A DNA stretch of 64,000 bases from Sminthopsis crassicaudata (taxonomy: Eukaryota): contig NC_133620.1 in assembly GCF_048593235.1 (NCBI RefSeq), positions 346,595,765 to 346,659,764 of the forward strand. Direction: 5' to 3'. The notes under the pieces were generated by a model that searched no databases, was not told the DNA's origin, and saw nothing but the letters and a program-made list of their open reading frames with translations. Made by a program: the position numbers and the translations under genes. Of the stretch, positions 24,817-36,239 are shown piece by piece. Numbering within the stretch: position 1 is the stretch's first letter; each line of letters begins with the position of its first letter.

Positions 24817-26020
24817 CCAAGCAGTGTTACTACTGGGCTTATATCCCAAAGAGATTTTAAAGAAGAGAAAGGGACCTATATGTGCAAGAATGTTTGTGGC
24901 AGCTCTCTTTGTAGTAGCCAGAAACTGGAAAATGAATGGATGCCCATCAATTGGAAAATGGCTGAAAAAATTGTGGTATATGAATGTTATGGAATATTAT
25001 TGTTCTGTAAGAAATGACCAGCAGGATGATTTCAGAGAGGCCTGGAGAGACATTTTTTTTTCTTCTTCTTTTTTTTATTTTATAATTATAACTTTTTTTT
25101 TTGACAGTACATATGCATGGGTAATTTTTTACAACATTATCCCTTGCACTTACTTCTATTCAGATTTTTTCCCTTCCTCCCCCAACCTCCTCCCCCCAGA
25201 TGGCAGGCAGTCTTATACATGTTAAATATATTACAGTATATTCTAGATACAATATATGTGTGTAGAACCGAATTTCTTGTTGCACAGGAAGAATTGGATT
25301 CAGAAGGTAAAAATAACAGTTTACACTCATTTCCCAGTGTTCCTTTTCTGGATGTAGCTGATTCTGTCCACCATTGATCAATTGGAATTGGATTAGCTCT
25401 TCTCTATGTTGAAGATATCCACTTCCATCAGCATACATCCTCGTACAGTATCATTGTTGAAGTGTATAATGATCTTCTGGTTCTGCTCGTTTCACTTAAT
25501 ATCAGTTGATGTAAGTCTCCAGGCCTGGAGAGACTTACAGGAACTGATGCTTAGTAAAATGAGCAGCACCAGGAGATCATTATATACTTCAACAATATTA
25601 TAGGAAGATCAATTCTGATGGACGTGGCCCTCTTCAACAATGAAATGAACCAGATCAGTTCCAATAGAGCAATAATGAACTGAACCCAGCTACACCCAGG
25701 GAAAGAACTCTGGGAGTTGACTATGAATGACTACATAGAATTCCCAATCCCTCTATTTTTGTGCACCTGCATTTTCGATTTCCTTCACAGGCTAATTGTA
25801 CACTATTTCAAAGTCCAATTCTTTTTGTATAGCAAAATAACTGTTTGGACAAGTATACATATATTGCATTTAACTTATACTTTAACATATTTAACATGTA
25901 TTTAACCTGCCATCTGGGGGAAGGGGTGGGGGGAAAAAGGGGAAAAGTTGGAACAAAAGATTTTGCAATTGTCAATGCTGAAAAATTACCTATGCATATA
26001 TCTTGTAAATAAAAAGCTAC
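24817..26020 (+). mobile_element. 5'-truncated L1 (host), interrupted at 25051 by an antisense L1
   Basis: ORF 24824 gives the ORF2p C-terminus (GLYPKE...DDFREAWRD); it resumes at 25521 and runs through the 3' UTR to AATAAA near 26008. Confidence 0.92.
25052..25526 (-). mobile_element. Nested antisense L1 of a different subfamily, 14-bp TSD
   Basis: aggcctggagagac at 25038-25051 and 25521-25534; T-rich tail at 25053-25102. Confidence 0.92.
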
Positions 26021-26429
26021 TATTAAATATATATATATATATATATATAAATTCATCATATAAACTCTCTGTGCACCACAAATGAAGATCATATATATGT
26101 GTGTATACATATTTATTAACTGGAATATTTGATTAATAAAAGTCTAGTCCAATCCCCAATCATATGTCATATAGGAACATATAATCACACCATTTAGATT
26201 TTTAAAATCATCTAGTCTGGACCCTTTTCTGTTTAACTACTCCTAGCTTCCATTTTCCATATGGAGAAACTGATGCTTAAAAAGATGCCATGACTTGTTC
26301 TTTCCCATCTCATATTATTATTATATCCTCTACATATTATTATGACTTATTATTACCTTGTAATTACTTATCTATCTACATGTTGTATCCACTCTTCAGG
26401 TAGAAAGTAGTCTACTTTTTTCAATCAGT

Positions 26430-27270
26430 CAACAAACAATTATTAAAACATTTACTATTATCTTAGGCCCTATGGTAAGAGATGAGAATAGAAATAAAAC
26501 AAAAACAAAGACTCTGCCCTCAAGAAACATAAATTGTAATAGAGAAGACTAATATGAGGTATTATAGGTATTATAGGGCAGAGAATGCTAGGCCTAAAGT
26601 CAGGAAGACCTGAGTTCAAAGACTGTTCCTAGCTGTGTGATTCTGGGAAAGTCATTTAGTCTTTCAGTTTCCTTAACTGTAAAATGAGAATAATAGCAAC
26701 ATTTTCTCGAATCTATGAGATATTATCTATGAGATAATAACTGTAAAGTATTTAGCCTAAATAAATAGCCCAGTGCCAGTGCTAAATAAATGCTTTCTTT
26801 TATTCCTTTCTTTCTAGGTAATTTACTAATTCCATACAAAATTCCATACAAAAAGCATATAAAGTAGATGAAGGCAATACAAAAAAGGGAAGACATTAGC
26901 AGATAGGTTGGGGGTGGAGGAGAGAAAAGATAGCTTATGAATGTGGAATTTGTGCTGAATCTTGAAAGGAGCCTGGGAAACTTAGCGAGACTAATGCAAG
27001 AGGGCAGAATATTCCAGGCACTTGTCAGCCAGTGAAAAGGGGAGATATAGACTTACATTTGGAGAACTGTAAGTCAGCATAACTGGACCTTAGAGCACAG
27101 GGTAGGGAGTAAGATTTATGAAGCCTGGAAAGGTGGGAAGGACCCAGGTTATAAAGAGCCTTAAATGCCAAATAGAGGATTTTATATTTGAACCTGGAAA
27201 TAATAGAGAGCTATTGTATTTCACTGAGTGGTAGGGAGAAGGTTTACATGGTCAGAGCTATGCTTTAGAA
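26430..27270 (-). mobile_element. L2 relic with an internal + strand MIR (about 26570-26800)
   Basis: caattattaaaacatttactat, then antisense L2 body; MIR CORE agctgtgtgattctgggaaagtcattt. Confidence 0.6.
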
Positions 27271-27329
27271 AAATCTAATCCCAAAAATGTTAGTTTTGTA
27301 GAGAAAGAGTAGAGAAAGCAAGCACTCAG

Positions 27330-30300
27330 TGAATTCTCCCAACATTTCCTTCTAAACAACTTTGAAATAACATCTCAAATCAGATTCTGAAGTAGCAAAA
27401 CCAACAAAAGGTCAGAGTCAGACTTAGTTCCAGCTCAAGTCAAAGTAAGAAGTGACAGGGGAGGAGGCTGGACTAGCATCCATGTAGATGAAATACCAGT
27501 GGTGAGACTAGGTAGTGGTGATAAAAGGAATAGCAGCTTTGGGAATTCTTAAGCCAGGGGAGACCTGGCAGCTGGTCAGGAAGAGATTATAGGGGACTCC
27601 TATACCGGTGCATGATGGTCCAGATGCTGAAGGATCAGAAGCTGAATATCTGGCAACTCCATTGCTCATACTCACTTCTAGATTACAGCTCAAGGATTGA
27701 AAGGAACAGTTTGAGTCAAGAGAGAGTGAAAGCAAAAATTAAAAAGGAGTGGAAGTTTTGAAGGACAGCATTATTTCTGGCCCCAAGGGTTCAGGTTTCC
27801 AGAGGAACAGTATTGTTTCTGTTTCTAAGAGAATAGGGGCCCTTCCTAGTAAGACCAGAGTATAGACCAGGAGAGCAGTGATCCCACCTTTGCCCAGATC
27901 ATACCACCTTAGAACCACCAAAAACTTCCAACTCTCTCGAACTAGTTCTAAAAATAGCAGTGTGGTGAAAGCCTTAAGCTTCCCTGGCTCCTCCCTTTGC
28001 CAGAAATAGAACCCAACATTAACATAAAATTCCAAATGAAGAAATAGGGTGGGGAAATGTAGTAAACAATAATAACAACAACAAAAAGAATCTGACCAGG
28101 AAAATCTATTCTGATGACAGAAGATTAAGGCACAAACCCAGAAGAAAATGAAGCTAGAACAGCTAACGCAAAGCCTCAAAGGAAAAAAAAAAAAAGAAAA
28201 GAAAAAAAAAAAATGAACCCAACACCAGCCTAATAAGAATTTCTGAAAAAGCTAAAAAAAGATTTTAAAAATCAAATAAGAATGGTGGACGAAAAAAGAA
28301 ATGAAAGCAAAGAAAAAATATGAAAAGATAATTTTCAGACTTGGTAAAAGAGCCACAATATTGAAGAAAATAATACCTTAAAAACAGACTTAGCCAAATG
28401 AAAAGAGAGGAACAAAAATTCACTGATGAAAAGAACTCCTTTTAAAGTAGAAATAGTCAAATGGAAAAGGAGGTACAAAAAGCTTACTGGAGAGAATAAT
28501 TCCTTAAAAATTAGAATTGAGCAAGTGGAAGTTAATGACTCCATGAGACATTAAGAAACAATGAAATAGTCAAAAGGATTGAAAAAATAGAACAAAATGG
28601 TAAATATCTCATTAGAAAAACAAATTACCTGAAAAATAGGTTAAAGAGAGATAACTTAAGAATTATAATAAGATAACCTGAAAGCCATGATCATAGAAGG
28701 AACATAGACATCATATTTCAAGAAACTGTCAAGGAAAATTGCCTTGATATCCTCAAACTAGAGAGTAAAATAGAAATTGAAAGCATTTACCAATCACCAT
28801 CTGAAAGAAATTCCAAAATGATAACTCCCTGGAATATTACAGCCAAATTCCAGAGGTCTCAGGCCAAAGAGAAAATACTTCAACAGCCAGAAAGAAACCA
28901 TTTAAATATAGTGGAGGCACAATCAAGATCATATATGATTTAGCAGCTAAATTAAAGTAGTAGAAAGTTTAGAATATGATATTCCAAGGAGCAAAAGAGC
29001 TAGGATTACAACCAAGAATAACTAGCCAGCAAGATTATACCATGTATAATCAATCATTCAAGGGGAAAAATGGATATTTAATGAAATAGTCTTTCAAGTA
29101 TTCCTGGTGAAAAGAACAGAGCTGAATAAAAATATTGACTTTGAAATACAAGACCCAGGAGAAGTATAAGAAAAATCATAAGGGACTCAAAAATGCTAAA
29201 CTGTTTACCTTTCTTTGAAGATGAAACATGTATCTTCTAAGAACTTTACCATTATTGGGGCAGTCAGAAGGATTTTATATTGATAGAGAGTGCAGAAAAG
29301 AGTTAATTATATTGGGATTAGCATATTGAGAAAACTTCTCAGTATATATTACTATATAAATAACAAAATCAACAAAAATCATATAATTATATCAATAGTA
29401 CAGAAAAAGAATCTTATGTATAATATTTCCATGCTCCCCTAATTTACTTATGTTATCCTTCCTGTATACATCATGTACTTATTTTGACTTTATCTTGGTA
29501 TATGGTGCAAGATGTTGGTCTATGCCTAATTTCTGCCAAACAACATTATAGTTTTCCCAGCAATTTTTGTCAAATATTCAGTTCTTACCTCAAAAGCTTG
29601 AATCTTTGAATTTATTAAATATTAGATTAGGATGGTCATTTACTCCTGTGTAATGGCAAATTGTGGTAGATTAATGTAATGGAATATTATTGTGCTATTG
29701 GAAATAATGGGCAGGATGGTTAAAAAACAAAACAAAACATAGGAATATGTAAAAGTGAAGTAAGCAGAACCAGAAGAATATTGTACACAGTAATAGCAAT
29801 ATTGTAAGGATGATCAATTATGAAACCCTTAGCTACTCTGATCATGAAGGGCAACTAGTGAAGTGGCTAGAGCATTGAGCTCAGAAATCATGAAGACTCA
29901 TTTTTATTAATTCAAATCTGGCCTCATTTATTAATTAGTTGTGTGACCCTGAGTAAGTCACTTACCCCTGTTTGCTTCAGTTTCCTCATCTATAAAATGA
30001 ATTGGAAAAGGAAATGCTAAACCACTCCTGTATCTTTGCCAAGAAAATGGGGTCATAAAGAATTAGATCTGGCTTAAGTGACTCAACAACAATTCAACTA
30101 TGATCAAAACCATGACACAAGAAAATTCCAAAGGATCCATGATGAAAAATGCTATCCACCTCCAGAGAAGGAACTGATGAACTCTAAATGCAGATTGAAA
30201 CATACTTTTAATATTCTCTTTATTATTTTGTTTGTGTTTTCTTTTACAATGTGGCTAACATGGAAATATATCTTGCATGTCTTTACGTGTATAATAGATA

Positions 30301-30430
30301 TCAAATTGCTTGCCTTCTCAAGAAGGGGAGTAAGGAGAAAATTTTGAACTCATTTAAAAAAAAAAAAGATTGTTTAAAAACTGTTTACATGTAACTGGAA
30401 AATATTTATTGAAATAAATAAAACTAATCA
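27330..30430 (+). mobile_element. Old, internally deleted/rearranged near-full-length L1 (5' UTR, ORF1 relic, ORF2 scraps, 3' UTR)
   Basis: A-rich ORF1-like segment 28400-29200 (gagagataacttaagaattat...gaaattgaaagcatttaccaatcacc...gccaaattccagagg) and 3' UTR at 30090-30430. Confidence 0.75.
29845..30085 (+). mobile_element. Mar1-type SINE nested in L1
   Basis: gggcaactagtg...ggaaatgctaaaccactcctgtatctttgccaagaaa. Confidence 0.85.
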
Positions 30431-30449
30431 AAAGAGAAAAAGAAAAATC

Positions 30450-32150
30450 ACTAGGATAGCTAAGTGAAGGGTGATTTCCATTAGGAGGAGAATTGAGTAA
30501 AGAAGGCCAATTAGAAAATTACTGCAATAGTCCAAGCAAGAGATGATGAGAGCCTGATCTAGTGTGGCTTAGAGAGTGAAGAAAAGGGAATATAGAGGTG
30601 TTAGAGAGAAATTACAAGATTTGGCAATAGATTGGATATAAAAGATGGAAGGAGAAAAGGAAGGAGAAAAAGAGAAAAAGAGAGAGTGAGTAATAGAGAG
30701 AGATAAAGAGAAAGAGAGGTTGAGGATGACACTGAGGTTGTACACTTGGATAACTGAAAAGATAGTAATATCCTCGACAATGATAGGATAGTTCAGAACA
30801 TGTGAAAAATTTTGGGGAAAGGCTATGAATTCTGTTTTGGATAAGTTATTTTTGAGATGCCTATGAGATATAGTTTGAAATGCCAAATAGACAGTTGGTG
30901 ACACAAGACTGAAGCTTATGAAACATCTAAGATTGGATAAAAAATAGGGGAGTCATCTGCATAGAGATGATAAATGAACTTATGAGAACAGATGACATCA
31001 CCAATTGAGAAAGTGTAGAAAGAAAAGAGGACATAGGATAGAGCTTTAGATACAACCACAGTTATTGGATGTAACAAAGATGAAGATTAAGCAAAAAAGA
31101 TCTAGAGGGAGAAAACATAGAGGAAAGAGAAGAAAGAACCAAAAAAAAGCAGAGTCACAAAAACTCAGAGAAAAAAGACTCCAGGAGGAAAAAGTGGTTA
31201 ATAGTATCAATGTCATTGAAAGGTCAAGAAGGTAAGGATAAAAAGGAGCCTATTAGCCTTGGCAATTAAGGGACCATTGTTATTTTTGGAAGAGCACTTT
31301 CATTTTAATGATAAACTTGGGAGTCAGATTGAAAACGATTTAGAAGAAAGGGAAAGGAGTAGAAGTGAAGGTAACAAGTATAGATGGCTTTTTCAAGGAG
31401 GTATATTGAGAAACTGAGGAAAAATAAAATGAGAGTTGATGGGCATAGTAGAATCTAGTGAGGGATTTTTAAAGATAGGGAGAATTGGCTATGTTTATGG
31501 GCAGTAGGGAAGGAGCCACAAGATAGGGAGAAAATGAAGATTAGAGAGAGGGATATGATGGAGGCAATCTGCTAGTGAAGATAGAAGAGGGTGGGCTCCC
31601 AGATACATGCAGAGCAGTTGACCTTGGCTAGAGCCTGAAATGTAAGATGATAGTGGATGAAGATGTCAGAAGCATGTGAAATGGAGGGGAAAGAAAAGGG
31701 AACACTTTCCAATGAAGTAGAAGGTAAGGTCCTCAATAGAAGGATTGGGAGAGAGAGAATAGAAAAGATTTAAAACAGCTGCTGTGGTGAGTAGAATGGA
31801 CAATCAACTAGGGAGGAATAGAATTGCCTTAGTGTAGGGAAGGTTCATTTGAGATTTGCTAGCATAAATTTATAGGGGACTGAACACGGTTTCATGATTT
31901 CTTCCAGTTTTGTTCAACAGCACATGAATAGAAACAAAAGCGTTGAAGGGGGGAGGAAGAGGACAAAGAAAGTGGATAATGAGCATAATCTAGGGTTGGG
32001 GTCTAGTGGAAAGATTAGGATAAGGGCATAAAGGATTTAAGACTACAGAATAATAGAATAATGTGCTGTTGGATTGGTTTATCAAGAGAGACTGAGAAGG
32101 GTGAAGGGTTCAGCTAATGCAATAGTGAATCTAGGATAGTACTAACAGCT
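30450..32150 (-). mobile_element. Long L2 relic (about 1.7 kb)
   Basis: Homologous to 58500-59780, e.g. gagtcatctgc...gatgacatcaccaatt at about 30951 and 59440. Confidence 0.7.
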
Positions 32151-32480
32151 GTAGAGATTGGAGGGCAGGTAATATTTAATTTCTATCTCTGTCCCTGGCA
32201 CCTAGAATGGTAGTCTTGCCCACCTTGCCCAAGGTCACTTGGGTACTAAATGGTTGAGACAAATTTCAAATTTAGGCCTTCAGTCATCAAATCCCAGGTT
32301 CCTTCCATTTTTGTATAGGATTAGTGGAAAATGCCTCAAATTTGGATTCCATTCCTTCCTATATTATGGATTACAGGAAAAGTCAGGAAGACTAGAGTAT
32401 AAAGGAGATGTAGAATTATCTAGGAGTCAATGATTAATGATCATTCACTAGTCTTGGGACACAGATTTAATATAGGAAGA

Positions 32481-32752
32481 GGGGGGCAGATAATACATAG
32501 GATAGAGCACTATCCCTGTAGTCAGGAGGACCCGAGTTCAAATCTGGTCTCAAACACCTAACACTTCCTAGCTGTGCAATCCTGGGCAAGTCACTTAACC
32601 CCAATTGTCTTTTTTTTTTTCTTTATCATTATAGCTTTTTATTTACAAAACATATGGATGGGTAATTTTTCAACATTGACTCTTGCAAAATCATCTATTC
32701 CAAATTTTCCCCTCCTTGTCTCCACCCCCTCCCCAATTGTCTTGCAAAAAAA
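32481..32752 (+). mobile_element. WSINE1-type SINE interrupted near its 3' end by an L1 tail
   Basis: Head and CORE at 32481-32611; resumes gcaaaaaaa at 32744. Confidence 0.85.
32612..32730 (-). mobile_element. About 120-bp L1 3' end with 13-bp TSD
   Basis: ccccaattgtctt at 32599-32611 and 32731-32743. Confidence 0.88.
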
Positions 32753-33859
32753 GGTAAGAAAGAAGGAAAGGAGTTCCTTCTTTGAAACATAAGTCTCCCC
32801 TTTGCTTCTTTAACTCACGGGGCTTGAGGAGACTGAATGAGAATCATATTACTGAACAATGCTGAGTTCTTTGGAAGATATGAATTAAGCAACGTGTAGA
32901 TTGCCGTCTTTTGTGTTCAAATATAGTGGACAGAAGGCTAGTCTTGGAGCAAAGAAGTCTTGGGCTCAAGTCCAGCTTCCAACACCTACTCACTGTATTA
33001 CCCAGGATGTTACTTAATATCTCAGTGCCTCAGGCAACTCTAAAAGTAAATTACAGAATTGCAGAGCTGTCTTACTGGAAGGAATTTCCATGCCAGGAGT
33101 CCCATCGAGATATAAAATCACAGACCTGGTCCTCTTCTCATCCTTCAGCCCCAAATGACTGATGGAAATAGCTATAGATGTGTGCCAGAGTTACTGAAAG
33201 CCTGCCTCAAATCCCCTCCCTGCTGGAGGAACATGGGGTTTAGAGCCATAGTTGCTATTTGCAGTTCTTGTCCCTATTTACACTTCTGCCTCTCAGATTC
33301 ATGGTTAACCCAAAACCTTTGCTCCAAGGTTGCTACATGCCTAGCTGGTCTGTCGGCTTCTTTTTCCATAACCTGGAATACCTTCCTTCTTCCTCTTTAC
33401 CAACTTCTGGGCACTAGCTCCTTTTAAGACTTGGCTCAAGATCTCTGTTTCCCAAACTGCTTTTTCTGAATATGGACAATAAGTTTTAAAGTGGAAGGTG
33501 GAAGGTATCTTAAGGTACAATTAGTCCAACAGTCTGGTTTTATAGATGAGTTCACAGAGGTGGGGCAATGAAATGATTCTTCCACAGGCAAATAGGTAGA
33601 AAGTGGCAGAGCTGGGATTCAAACCTGTTCCTTTATTCTAAGTTCCCATAGTGTATGTATCCATATGTACTACAGCATTTTGTCCTTGATGATTAATGTT
33701 CTGGAATTATTCTCATCCCTTTGTGTCTGTGCTCCCTGTCTCTCCCATTAATTTCACAAGTGACTACTAAGCAAATGCTATACCTTCTTTGTCTCAGCCT
33801 TCAAGTACTATTTTATCCACAGTAGGGGATCAAAAGGTATCTGTTAACTGTTACCTGGC

Positions 33860-34070
33860 CCTCCATAGCTATCTCCTCTTGGACTATAGGATCTCCGAGG
33901 CCAAGGCACCCAACACTCTCCTCTGTAACATCCTTACCCAAACTCAGTTTAAATACTTCCAATGACAGCAAAAGCATCACTCTAAGAAACAATCCCATTT
34001 CCATTTCTGGACAGTTCATTACAAATTCCAGTTTGAAATTAAAGAAAAATCCTTCAGATCCTTGGAGATG
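33860..34070 (-). mobile_element. L3/CR1 3' fragment
   Basis: tttaaatacttccaatgac...cccatttccatttctggacag resembles the L3 3' region. Confidence 0.55.
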
Positions 34071-34336
34071 ATATCAGTTGACCCCCCAATAAAGACCAAG
34101 TGGGTTCATGAACCTGCTGTGGTCAGTTCTCTGTAAAATATCTGGCCCAGTAATTCAATTCAACAAGTGTCCTCTATAAGATGCATCACTCTATGTCCTA
34201 TGGCTGGGATACAGAGATAGGAAGACAAAAGTATCCCAGCCCTTAAGGAGCTGACATGGGTGTCTCAAAATCATGGAATTTGGGGATAGTCTCTACTCTA
34301 CCTAAGAAGGAAATAGCACATGTAGAAAAATGAATA

Positions 34337-34488
34337 GGGGCAGCTAGGTGGCGCAGTGGATAGAGCACCAGCCTTGAATTCAGTAGGACCCGAGTTCAAA
34401 TCTGGTCTCAGACACTTAACACTTCCTAGCTGTGTGACCCTGGGCAAGTCACTTAACCCCAGCCTCAGAAAAAAAAAAAAAAAAAAAA
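34337..34488 (+). mobile_element. Young WSINE1-type SINE (ccccagcctcag variant) with A20 tail
   Basis: Retains CpGs (ggcgcagt, cccgagt); flanks aaaaatgaata / aaaaagaata. Confidence 0.95.
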
Positions 34489-34504
34489 GAATAAATACAA
34501 AATA

Positions 34505-35760
34505 AAGTACTTCGTGATGTGCATGGGGGCGTACCAGGTACACTAACAGTCTGGTGTGAGGTGGATCAGAGAAAACCCTGTGGCACCTGAGCGGAGTCTC
34601 AAAGGAAACAAGAATTCCAAGCAATGGCGTTAAGGGGTAGGCCTCCCAGCCTGGGGGACGGCCGGTACAAAGCCTGGGAGACAGAACGTGGCAATGGCAA
34701 GTAGGACAATTTTTCTATATGGTGTTTGTAGAGGCGTTGTTTCCCAGCGAGCATCAATTTAAATACTTCGTACAGACACAGGGGATCCCACAACAGTTGG
34801 TCCACAAGAGATTTTGTAAACTAAGCCAGCCAGCACAGGGTACTGAGCCTCGCAGGATGGAGACGGGACACAGAAGTCTGAAGCCAAACGTAGGATGCTT
34901 CCCATAGATGCTTCCCACCCCATCCCGAGAGCACGGGAGAAAGCATAGCCCTGAGGGAAAGGAAGAATTAATAACTTAATGCCTTCAAAGCTTTAGGAAC
35001 AACTTGCTACAGATAAAGTCTCATTATCCTTAATTGTTATTATTATTGTTGTTATTGTTATTATTCCAACTCCTGTGTAAAGCTGCCACAGGACTGCCAA
35101 TGACCTCAGGTCAGGAGTTTAATTAGCACCTCCATTAAAAGCTGAGGCCTCAGGCACCAGGCTACCACCCCCACATTCCGACTCTACCTTTTCCCAGCTT
35201 CAGCTCCTCCCCACTGGCTCCCTTCCAGGCCTGGGTCTCTCCGGGTCCTCACTTCTTATTCTTCTTCTGCCCACTAACCCTCAGTGTTGTAGTCCCCACT
35301 CCCTGTGACTTCATTCTCACAGATCTCATGGCCAACCTCCAGATTCCCGTTTCTCCTTGTTACCCTACTGGCTCCCTCCTTGGTCTCAAAGAAGGCTCCA
35401 TAGCTTTTGGGGTGGGGGGGAGTTCAGAACGATGAGGGAAATCAGTGACAGCTGCCCAGTCCCCACTTCTCAGTCTCGCCCTCTCTCAGTCCTGCACTCA
35501 GATTGTTCTTCCTGCTCGTGGGGCCGGTTGGGTGGGTTGAGCGGTTTTGAATTACAGAGTTTGGCACTGTCTCACAGCCCCGTGCAGCTGCCTTCTTTAA
35601 TTAATTTATTCCAATTTTAAAAAATCATCTCTTAAATTGGACCTCATCAAATGCCTCTGAGGCATGTGTCATGTCAATTACATGTAACAATTAAAAGCGG
35701 TGCCGTAAAGAAACCCTTGGCCTCTTTAATGAGGAGCAGGACAAGCCAGACTTAACTCCT
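34505..35760. promoter_or_regulatory. CpG-retaining distal regulatory candidate 5-6.5 kb upstream of the CpG island
   Basis: 15 CpGs counted in 34510-34940 (partly L2-like sequence) and about 12 more up to 35825; homeobox TAAT/ATTA cluster at 35597-35690. Confidence 0.5.
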
Positions 35761-36111
35761 AAGGTTCATCTTGCTATAGGTAGCCTTAGGGCCAAACAGG
35801 TGGGGGAGGAAGAGCTGAAACCGGATGGAGAGCTGGATACTGACCTGAAACAACAAGCATGGAGAGAATGGGGATACTCTAGATGGAAGACCCAGCTTCT
35901 ACTTCTCATTCTTCTCAAATTTCTGGGAGCCCCACATGATGCTAAATTGGAAACTTTCTATTTAATAGGAAAAAATACCAATACCTGAAAGGCAATTGAA
36001 AATTCCTACTTCCCATTTTAAAATAATGGGCCATCCAGAAAAAAGAAAGGAAGGAAGGAACAAAGAGAGGAAGGGAGGGAGGAAGGGAAGGAGATAGGTG
36101 GGGAAGTAGGG

Positions 36112-36239
36112 NNNNNNNNNNNNNNNNNNNNNNNNNNNNNNNNNNNNNNNNNNNNNNNNNNNNNNNNNNNNNNNNNNNNNNNNNNNNNNNNNNNNNNNNN
36201 NNNNNNNNNNNNNNNNNNNNNNNNNNNNNNNNNNNNNNN
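36112..36239. other. Assembly gap (128 N)
   Basis: N run next to a purine-rich low-complexity tract. Confidence 1.
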
